Assembly (NCBI GenBank): GCA_963719085.1
Contig: CAVRAL010000004.1
Coordinates: forward strand, 896,001-960,000
DNA: 64,000 nt
Origin: a candidate division FCPU426 bacterium
Lineage (GTDB): Bacteria; Oederibacteriota; Muellerivitia; Muellerivitales; Muellerivitaceae
Direction: 5' to 3'
Part shown: positions 56,601 through 64,000 of the stretch, one piece after another
Position numbering within the stretch: the stretch's first letter is position 1
How the letters are laid out: each line of letters opens with the position of its first letter
The notes under the pieces: model-generated
Databases searched by the model: none
Seen by the model: only the letters and a program-made list of their open reading frames with translations
What the model was told of the DNA's origin: nothing
Made by a program: the position numbers and the translations under genes

Positions 56601-58897
56601 CGGAGGTGGAGGTGGAACCGACTTTAGCGGCGAAAGGATCCAAGGCGGATTTTCCCTTAAGCGGGGCGGCGTTGATTCTGGCGGCCGCGACCCTCGCGGT
56701 GTTCGGGCATTTTTTGAACCCCCAGGGATCCCAGGTGCTTTCGCTTTTAGGCGAGGACTTGAGCGGCCAATTTGTCTGGTGGCGGCAATTTGGCTTTGAG
56801 CAATTAAGGCAGGGCCATCTGGCCTTATGGAACCCCCATCTTTATTCCGGCGCGCCCTTTTTAGGCGGCTTCCAATCGGCTTTGCTTTACCCGCCCAATT
56901 GGCTTTATCTGATCTTACCTCTGGCCTTCGCCATTAATTTGGGCGTGGCGCTTCATGTTTTTTTAGCGGGTCTTTTCACGTATCTTTGGACCCGCTACCA
57001 GGGGTTTCATCCGGCGGCCTGTCTTTTGGCGGCCTTCATGTTTATGTTCGGCGGCGCCTATTTCCTTCATATTGTTCCCGGCCATCTGCCGAACCTATGC
57101 ACCATGGCCTGGATCCCCTTAACCTTTCTCGCGCTGGACGGCTGGGCGAAAGAAAGAAACGAGGGCTGGGTGGGTTTGGGGATATTGGCTTTTGCCATGG
57201 AAATTTTGGCCGGGCATATCCAATATTTTTATTACACCCTCCTGGCCGCCGGGCTTTACGTCTTCATCCAACTTCCTCAAGCCGCGCGGAAATTTTCTTA
57301 TTTGGCCGGGCCGCTCTTAATGCTCATCGGGGCTTCGCTTTTGACCGCGATTCAATTGTTGACCGGATGGGACGCCACCCAGGAAAGCGTCCGGGGTCAG
57401 AACCTGCCGCTGGATTTAATTCTTTCCAACGATTTGATGCCTGAGCGGATGTGGTCCTGGTTCGTCCCGGCCTTTTATGGGACCGCGCTGCGCCGGGATT
57501 ATTGGGGCGGAGGGATGTATTGGGAAGGCTCCCTTTTCGCCGGTGTCACGGGGATCACCCTGGCCTTTTACGGTTTTTTCGCCTCGCGCGAGCCCCGGCG
57601 GTGGAAGGTGGCGGGCCTGACCTTGTTTCTTTTGCTTTTGGCCATGGGCAAACGCACCCCTCTGTTTCTTTTGTTTTACCATTGGGTCCCCCTGTTCTCC
57701 GCTTTCCGGGGCGCCGCCAAATTCAACATTCTGATCTCGTTGGGGATTTGTTTTTTGGCCGCCGCCGGACTGGATCATTACTTAAAAGCCGGGGGAACCG
57801 GAAAAGCGCTGCGGCATTGGACCTTGGGTTTCGGCTTATTCGTCGGGGCCTTGGCGCTTTTGTTCCACGACGCGCCGATTTTGGGGCTCGCGCGCTTGGC
57901 CCAAAAATTCAGCCCGCATTGGTCCGGCATGGTTGGAAGCCTTGGGGTTTGCGCCTTGTCGCTTCTGTTGGTCTCGCTGGCGTCTTGGGCGGGCGGGCGC
58001 ACAAGCTATTTAAAGTTCGGATTATTGGCGCTGGCCTTTTTCGAGTTGTTTCTTTTCGCCCGGGCTAACCGGGGCGGGTTTGATTTGACCGAACTCGAGA
58101 AAAAAGTCGGTCAAATCCAGGCGGTCTATGACAAGGATCCCGGGGACTACCGGGTGACCGCTGATCCCACCAACGACGTTTTAGGCACCCAGGGGTTTGA
58201 TGTTTGGGGCAACGATCCCATGATCCTCAACCGTTACGCGCTTTTTATGGCCCAAAGCCAAGGGTTGGATATGGGAAACCATTTCGTGGACAAACCCTTT
58301 TTCAGGTCTTTCCCGCCCATGTTGCGGCTCACCCGGCTTCGGTATGTTTTTCGGGACCAGGGGGATGATTTTTCGGTGGAGCGGCTTCCTTTTCATGAAC
58401 AGCCCCGGATGAGTTTGGTGGGCGGATGGCGGATGGCCTCCGGGGAAGCGGCGTTGAAACAGCTGGCCGACCCGAAATTTAATTTCAGCAAGACGGCGCT
58501 GGTGGAGTCCGATCCGGGTTTCCCGTCCGGGTCCCAAAACCCCAAAGGCCAAGTGAGCTTCAAAGACCTCTCGACGGACCGGATTGAGATTCAATCCCAA
58601 AACGACAAAGCCTGTCTCTTGGTGATCAGCGACAATTACGCCCGCGGATGGCGCGCGAAAGGCCTGGCGGGGGATATCCAAGGCGTTTATCAAGTTTTGC
58701 CGGTTAACTTTTTCCAGCGGGGCATTCCCTTGTCGGCGGGAAGCCATCATTTCATCCTCGAATATTTGCCCCGGTCTTTTGAGGCGGGCAAGTGGATTTC
58801 GCTGGTTTCGCTGGGGCTTTTGCTGAGTTGGGGTTTGGGCGCGTGCGGACTCTTTTTTTACCGGTTCGTTTTCGCGGCCCGAAAGCAGGCGCTTTAA
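56597..58897 (+). CDS. YfhO-like GT-C membrane protein, tandem paralog
   Basis: ALWNPHLYSGAPF..LYPPNW; ISDNYARGWRA..RGIPLSAGSH. Confidence 0.8.
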   Translation: MTEVEVEPTLAAKGSKADFPLSGAALILAAATLAVFGHFLNPQGSQVLSLLGEDLSGQFVWWRQFGFEQLRQGHLALWNPHLYSGAPFLGGFQSALLYPPNWLYLILPLAFAINLGVALHVFLAGLFTYLWTRYQGFHPAACLLAAFMFMFGGAYFLHIVPGHLPNLCTMAWIPLTFLALDGWAKERNEGWVGLGILAFAMEILAGHIQYFYYTLLAAGLYVFIQLPQAARKFSYLAGPLLMLIGASLLTAIQLLTGWDATQESVRGQNLPLDLILSNDLMPERMWSWFVPAFYGTALRRDYWGGGMYWEGSLFAGVTGITLAFYGFFASREPRRWKVAGLTLFLLLLAMGKRTPLFLLFYHWVPLFSAFRGAAKFNILISLGICFLAAAGLDHYLKAGGTGKALRHWTLGFGLFVGALALLFHDAPILGLARLAQKFSPHWSGMVGSLGVCALSLLLVSLASWAGGRTSYLKFGLLALAFFELFLFARANRGGFDLTELEKKVGQIQAVYDKDPGDYRVTADPTNDVLGTQGFDVWGNDPMILNRYALFMAQSQGLDMGNHFVDKPFFRSFPPMLRLTRLRYVFRDQGDDFSVERLPFHEQPRMSLVGGWRMASGEAALKQLADPKFNFSKTALVESDPGFPSGSQNPKGQVSFKDLSTDRIEIQSQNDKACLLVISDNYARGWRAKGLAGDIQGVYQVLPVNFFQRGIPLSAGSHHFILEYLPRSFEAGKWISLVSLGLLLSWGLGACGLFFYRFVFAARKQAL

Positions 58898-58946
58898 GCC
58901 CTTTTTTGTCCTATGATGAGGACGAAATTTTTAACTTGAGGCCTTT

Positions 58947-59810
58947 ATGAGCAAAGTCGCCGACCTTCATATGCATACCACCCACTCGGATGGAACCCTG
59001 ACGCCGGTGGAGTTGGCCCGCTTGGCCAAAGAACAAAAGGTGGACGCGGTGGCCCTGACGGACCATGACACGGTCTCAGGCATCGAGGAACTGGTGGAAG
59101 AAACCGGCAAGCTGGGCCTGGAAGCCATTCCGGGGGTGGAACTTTCGGCGGCTTTCGGCCCGGGTACCCTGCATATTTTGGGATACGGCTTCGATCCCCG
59201 GGGACCTATTGAGGCGCGCTTGGTTCAATTTCAAAAGGCCCGGGAAGAGCGCAATCCGCGTATTTTGGAAAAATTAAAAGAACTCGGCATGCCGCTGACC
59301 CTGGAAGAAGTTAAAACCCTTTCGAAGGCCGCGGGACAAGTCGGCCGCCCCCATATCGCCCGGGCTTTGGAACTCAAAGGCTATGTGGCTTCTTACGCGG
59401 AAGCCTTTGATAAGTTTTTATCCAAGGGAAAACCCGCCTACCTTTCCAAGGCCGGCCTTTCGGCCAAGGATTGCGTGGAACTGATCCACGAGTCCGGGGG
59501 CGTGGCGGTGGTGGCCCATCCGGTCCAGATGCGGCTTAAGGGCGAGGAGCTGACCAGCAAGATCAAGGAATTGGTGGCCTTGGGGATGGACGGGCTCGAA
59601 GTGATCCATCCGGATCATTCGCCCGAAAACCAAACGCTTTTTTCCGACCTGGCCGACGAGTTCGGTTTGTTCAAGACCGGAGGCAGCGACTTTCACGGCG
59701 CCCACAAACCCGGCGTCCAATTGGGCCAGGGCCGCCCGCCCTATTTTTTCCTCGAGAAGATGCGCGATAAAATCAGCGAGCGCCGCCGCCGCTACGCGCT
59801 TCGGAATTAG
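58947..59810 (+). CDS. PHP domain phosphoesterase (YciV/TrpH-like)
   Basis: DLHMHTTHSDG, LTDHDT, GRPHIA and GGSDFHG. Confidence 0.92.
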   Translation: MSKVADLHMHTTHSDGTLTPVELARLAKEQKVDAVALTDHDTVSGIEELVEETGKLGLEAIPGVELSAAFGPGTLHILGYGFDPRGPIEARLVQFQKAREERNPRILEKLKELGMPLTLEEVKTLSKAAGQVGRPHIARALELKGYVASYAEAFDKFLSKGKPAYLSKAGLSAKDCVELIHESGGVAVVAHPVQMRLKGEELTSKIKELVALGMDGLEVIHPDHSPENQTLFSDLADEFGLFKTGGSDFHGAHKPGVQLGQGRPPYFFLEKMRDKISERRRRYALRN

Positions 59811-59816
59811 AAAGCC

Positions 59817-60497
59817 ATGCCTGAATTCACCACCGAACAACTGATTGAAAGCATGCAAACCTGGAAGCCCGCGCCGGACCTGGCGGAGCGCCTGTTGGCC
59901 CGCTTCAACCGCAAAGAAATTGCCCCGGAATTTCAAAAGGCGCTGTCGACAGCGATCGTTCAATGCGCCCGGTCCACCTACGATTACATCCAGTATATCC
60001 ACGAGTTTTCCACGGTCCGGGAGCTGGACGCCAAAAATTTAATGACCCAGGTGGCCCATTGGATTTTTTTGACGCAGGATTTGAAGACCCAGGCCAAGGT
60101 TTATGGCGAGGCCTTTCAAAAATACAACGCCGCCGTGGAGCCCCGGCTTCAAAAAGACAGTTTTGACACCTATTACTATGACGCCATCGTGGGGTTGGAC
60201 GTTCGGGAAACCTTGAAAGGCATCCTGGGCGAAGTGGAAGTGCTGCTCCAATCCATGGCCCTGACCAGCCCCGAGCTTTCGGGAGTGGATGGTTTGGCGA
60301 TTTATGAGACTTGTGTCCGGTTTCAGCTTTTTTTACAGTACCTCCAAATTCAAGCGAAGTTCAACGTGGAAGAAATGTGGTCGGTGCTTTTTGACCTTTA
60401 TAATTTGTTAAACGAGGTGGAAAACCCGGCCGAGGGGCCGAGCTCAGCGGAGTTGGGCGAGTTGCATGAGCGGGTGAGGAATTATAAGAAGAATTAA
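59817..60497 (+). CDS. Hypothetical protein
   Basis: 226-aa ORF starting 6 nt after the PHP gene; no recognisable motif. Confidence 0.7.
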   Translation: MPEFTTEQLIESMQTWKPAPDLAERLLARFNRKEIAPEFQKALSTAIVQCARSTYDYIQYIHEFSTVRELDAKNLMTQVAHWIFLTQDLKTQAKVYGEAFQKYNAAVEPRLQKDSFDTYYYDAIVGLDVRETLKGILGEVEVLLQSMALTSPELSGVDGLAIYETCVRFQLFLQYLQIQAKFNVEEMWSVLFDLYNLLNEVENPAEGPSSAELGELHERVRNYKKN

Positions 60498-60555
60498 GCC
60501 GGGCTTCGGGCGGATTGTCCGTTCCGAAAGGTTCAACTTGAAAGGGGTTTGAATC

Positions 60556-61431
60556 ATGCGGAAATTATTATTTTATTTGATTTTTGGATTGTCGTTTATG
60601 AGCGGCGGTTTCGCGGCGGCGCAGGACCAAGCGGCGGCCTATTACCAAGCGGCCAATGTGGCTTATACGGGTAAGGATTATGACGCCGCGATGGCGAATT
60701 ACCAGGAAGCCATCGAAATGGACGCCACGTTATGGCAGGCCTACCAGGGTATGGGAAATTGTTTTTATGCCCAGGGACAAAAGCAGTCCGCCTTGGTGGA
60801 TTATCAAAAGTCGTTGGACTTAAACCCCAACAATCCCCAATTGGTGGCCTTTGCCCAATCCTTGCGCGAGCAAATCGGGGCGCCGCCGCCCGCGCCCATC
60901 AGCCAAACCACAAGCCAAACCGCGAGCCTGACAGCCACTCGGGTGGCCGCCTCGGCTGGCCATTTCACGTGGGGCATCGGCTTGGCCGGGGCGATTCCGG
61001 GTACTAACGGCTCGGACGAGACCGTGGGATTTGGGGTGAACGGCAATGTGGGATACGCCTTTGACGAGAATTTGGCGATCCTGTTGGAAGTCGATGGGTT
61101 GGTTTTCCCCACGACGGACCCCGAGTTCACCAGCCTGGAAACAGACGTTTTTCCCGCGATTCAATATACCTTCACTTCGCCCGGCTCCACGGTCCATCCC
61201 TTTGTGTTCGGCGGCATCGGGCTTAACGACAATATAGCCGAATATGATTACTACTACGGCGAGTCTGAAACATTTTCGCAGACGGAGCCCTTACTGGCGA
61301 TCGGCGGCGGCCTGGATTTTTTCATCGCCAATAAACTTGATTTGGTCGTTAAGGCGAAATATGTGGAGGTCCTGAGCCCGGGCGGCGGGTTCTCTTTCCT
61401 GCCTATTTCCGCGGGACTGCAGTTTAATTAA
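60556..61431 (+). CDS. TPR plus outer-membrane beta-barrel protein
   Basis: Signal peptide, TPRs (AYQGMGNCFY..YQKSLDLNP), amphipathic strands ending GLQFN. Confidence 0.8.
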   Translation: MRKLLFYLIFGLSFMSGGFAAAQDQAAAYYQAANVAYTGKDYDAAMANYQEAIEMDATLWQAYQGMGNCFYAQGQKQSALVDYQKSLDLNPNNPQLVAFAQSLREQIGAPPPAPISQTTSQTASLTATRVAASAGHFTWGIGLAGAIPGTNGSDETVGFGVNGNVGYAFDENLAILLEVDGLVFPTTDPEFTSLETDVFPAIQYTFTSPGSTVHPFVFGGIGLNDNIAEYDYYYGESETFSQTEPLLAIGGGLDFFIANKLDLVVKAKYVEVLSPGGGFSFLPISAGLQFN

Positions 61432-61442
61432 GGCTCAATGAG

Positions 61443-61482
61443 AAAAGCCCCGTCCCGGCAAGGGGCGGGGCTTTTTTATTTT
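61443..61482 (+). terminator. Intrinsic terminator
   Basis: AAAAGCCCCGTCCC/GGGGCGGGGCTTTT followed by a T-run. Confidence 0.8.
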
Positions 61483-61499
61483 TGAAAAGCTTTCAAAGG

Positions 61500-61542
61500 G
61501 GGGCTCCGGTTCGTCCATTTAGACCGGGATGGCTAAACCTTC
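61500..61542 (-). repeat. Duplicate of the MBL gene 3' end plus downstream flank
   Basis: 39/43 nt identical to 61686-61728. Confidence 0.8.
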
Positions 61543-61704
61543 TCCCTAAAGGGATTCAGGTTTGTTTGTATTTAAAAATAGCGGAAAGGCGTGCCATTTT
61601 TATACAGGGATGACGAGTCTCGCCCCCTCCCGTTGGTCGGGGACCAGGTTTATCCGTATTAAATTGCCGCAACCTCCGCCCGAACGGGGCTCCGGTTCGT
61701 CAAT

Positions 61705-62646
61705 TTAAACTGGGATGACTAAACCTTCGTACGCGGCGATGGAATTGGTGAAGAGCTTTTTGGCGGCTTCTTCCTTCTTGGCGATGGCCGCGTCATCGTG
61801 GTTGGGGTCGTGATGGTAAAGCACCAGCTGTTTCACGCCGGCTTCTTTGGCCACGTGGGTCGCCATCTCCACTGTGGAGTGGCCAAACCCTTGCAAAGGC
61901 ATGGGCCCGGCGTATTGGTCGGCGAAATACTGGGTGTCGTGGATCAAAAGATCCGCGCCCTTGGAGAAATTGATCAGCCGCCGGTCCCCGTCCACATAGC
62001 CCTCAATGTCGGTGGCGTAAACAATCGATTTGCCGGCGTACTGCAGTTTATAAACCAAGGTTCCATTCTTCGGGTGCGAGTAGCTGCGGTACTGGCTGAT
62101 GATCACCTTGTCTTTGAAGGAAAGCTTGGTATCGGTCTGCAAATTGGCCAATTCGGGCTCGCCCACGCCTTCGCCTAAGAAAATTTGGTCGAAGGGTTTC
62201 AGGGTATGGATGCTCTTGATCGAGTTGGTTTCCTTGAGGTCGATCGGGAAAAACATCTGGTCCATCATCATCTCCAGCACATGTTCCAAGCTGGATTCCA
62301 TGGCGTGTTGGACCGGGGCGTAAATCGAGGGACCGTAAATATAGAGGGAAGAATCCGGCAGGTACAGGGGCGGAAAAAAGGGAAGACCCATAATGTGATC
62401 ATGATGGGTATGGGAAATAAGGACGGTTGTGGAAAGGCGCTTGACCTTTTCCTTGTTGGCGAAAAAATTACGGGCGATCTGCTGGCCGGCGGAGACAATG
62501 CCGGTGCCCGCGTCCAAAAAGATCGTGTGATCCAAGACATTGACTTGCACGCAGGAAGAGTTGCCGCCGATTTTCAGCGTGGAAGGTCCCGGAACCGGAA
62601 TGCTGCCCCGGACCCCCCGAAAAGTGATGGTGAAGTCGTGTGCCAT
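61705..62646 (-). CDS. MBL-fold metallo-hydrolase
   Basis: GVRGSIP, LDAGTG, SHTHHDHIMG, GHST and YHHDP. Confidence 0.92.
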   Translation of the reverse strand: MAHDFTITFRGVRGSIPVPGPSTLKIGGNSSCVQVNVLDHTIFLDAGTGIVSAGQQIARNFFANKEKVKRLSTTVLISHTHHDHIMGLPFFPPLYLPDSSLYIYGPSIYAPVQHAMESSLEHVLEMMMDQMFFPIDLKETNSIKSIHTLKPFDQIFLGEGVGEPELANLQTDTKLSFKDKVIISQYRSYSHPKNGTLVYKLQYAGKSIVYATDIEGYVDGDRRLINFSKGADLLIHDTQYFADQYAGPMPLQGFGHSTVEMATHVAKEAGVKQLVLYHHDPNHDDAAIAKKEEAAKKLFTNSIAAYEGLVIPV

Positions 62647-62723
62647 GGGGCTCCTGGGGTGGAATTGCTAACCTAAACTCCCGTTATTATTTCTGAAAAA
62701 AGGGGGTTTTTCAACGAAGAACG

Positions 62724-62972
62724 TCAGGGTTCCCAGAGCGCCCGGGGGCCGCATTGGGGGCATTGGGGCGCCAGATTGCCCGCTTTTAAATAAACGCTGA
62801 CGGTCCGGTTCTCCGCCGCGCAGGTGACGCACAAGTGGGGGCCGGTGTAAAGCAGGCTTTCCCCGGGCTTCCGGGCGGAAATATCGATGTTCATTTTGGC
62901 CGACTTTTTTCCCAAGGCCAGGGAAGGGTCGGCGTCCGGGTTTAAGGGTGTTCCGGAGGGTAAGGTTTCCAT
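62724..62972 (-). CDS. Small zinc-ribbon protein
   Basis: CVTC...CPQC..W pattern. Confidence 0.5.
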   Translation of the reverse strand: METLPSGTPLNPDADPSLALGKKSAKMNIDISARKPGESLLYTGPHLCVTCAAENRTVSVYLKAGNLAPQCPQCGPRALWEP

Positions 62973-63201
62973 GGAATTGTTTTACGGCATTTGCCCGCGC
63001 TTTTCAATCAATCCGACGCGCCGGCTGGCGCGACGACGGCGAAAAAAAGAGGGGCGGGCCGGCTTAAGTGAAGTAAAATTTGGGACGGCTTTTAACCCGC
63101 CCCTTCCTGATCCGTCAGGAATTTGGGTTTATCCGAAAATGGCGGAGAGGCTTGCCATTTTCAAAAGTTAATGATTAAACCACGCGTCTTAAGGAGAAAC
63201 C

Positions 63202-63816
63202 ATGCTGGATCTATTTTTAAAGGGCGGCCCGGTGATGTGGCCCCTGCTTTTACTTTCGATATTGGTCTTAGGCGTGGTATTGGACCGGCTTTGGTTCTTC
63301 TTCCGGGAAAAAAACTCGAGAAATCCCCAGGCCTCCGAGCTGGTTTGGACTTTGGTGGAGAAACACGAATTCAACTCGGCGGCCGTGGAAGGCTTAAAGT
63401 CGAACGATTATGTTTTGAGGATTTTGGCCTACGCCCTGGAGCATCGAAGCCAGGGATTGGCCAATGCCCTGCTCCAAGCCTCGAACCGGGAACTCAAGCG
63501 CTTTTCCAAGGGGCTGGTGCTTTTGGATACCAGCATCACCCTGGCGCCTTTTTTAGGGTTGCTCGGAACCGTGGTGGGGCTCATCCGTTCCTTCGGCCTT
63601 TTGGGCGACGACCAACTACAGTCGCCCTCGGTCTTGACCGGCGGCATCGCCCAGGCCTTGATCGCCACCGCCTTCGGGCTTTGCATCGCCATCGTGGCGC
63701 TGGTCCCCTTTAATTATCTTCAGGCCCAGGTGGAAGAAGCCCGCCACGAGATTGAGGACAACGCCACCCAGCTGGAACTGGCGCTTCAAAAGCCGGGATT
63801 CTTTCCGCCGCTATGA
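63202..63816 (+). CDS. exbB: MotA/TolQ/ExbB proton channel protein
   Basis: APFLGLLGTVVGLI and GIAQALIATAFGL. Confidence 0.92.
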   Translation: MLDLFLKGGPVMWPLLLLSILVLGVVLDRLWFFFREKNSRNPQASELVWTLVEKHEFNSAAVEGLKSNDYVLRILAYALEHRSQGLANALLQASNRELKRFSKGLVLLDTSITLAPFLGLLGTVVGLIRSFGLLGDDQLQSPSVLTGGIAQALIATAFGLCIAIVALVPFNYLQAQVEEARHEIEDNATQLELALQKPGFFPPL

Positions 63817-64000
63817 GGATTCCGTCTCCCTTCCCAAGAAAACGCGCCCGGCTCGAGATCATCCCCTTGATCGACATCATGTTTTTTCTTTTGGCCACCT
63901 TCATCATGGTGTCCTTGTCCATGATCCAAAATAAGGGGCTGGTGGTGAACCTGCCGGGCGCGGCCGCCGCCACGACCCAGCCCCAAACCCCTTCGGTTAC
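63813..64000 (+). CDS. exbD: ExbD/TolR family protein (runs off window end)
   Basis: ATGA overlap; MRIPSP..LEIIPLIDIMFFLLATF..VNLP. Confidence 0.88.
   Translation, partial: MRIPSPFPRKRARLEIIPLIDIMFFLLATFIMVSLSMIQNKGLVVNLPGAAAATTQPQTPSV

Overview
Bacterial chromosomal window, GC-rich coding regions, probably a diderm. PorV-like and ExbBD proteins plus Thr/Pro-linker secreted proteins with C-terminal Ig-like sorting domains suggest an uncultured lineage such as FCPU426; this is inference only. Most genes are housekeeping or envelope functions: cstA, prx/bcp, an AAA+/VWA pair, a long thyX, mqnD, queG, mtnB/mtnD plus aminotransferase, moeB, an ABC+AttH trio, icd, mdh, cysC, several GT-C-type membrane proteins and exbBD. 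The most interesting part is a ~9 kb module directly after icd (40.67-49.7 kb). It starts with a recoded duplicate of the icd 3' end and encodes a secreted beta-propeller with a C-terminal sorting-like domain, a PorV-like barrel fused to TPR, an ECF sigma factor, a membrane anti-sigma ending in an FlgD/CTD-like Ig domain, and a 1295-aa paralogous propeller protein. Three exactly spaced GGAATAAA-N13-CG(T/A)C boxes precede the three units, and two of them are followed by ~120-nt structured, terminated RNAs. Other observations: a riboswitch-like attenuator upstream of the 1-Cys peroxiredoxin, a second gene-end duplication, three families of dispersed intergenic hairpins and two palindromic tandem repeats. 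No CRISPR array, tRNA, rRNA or transposase was recognised.
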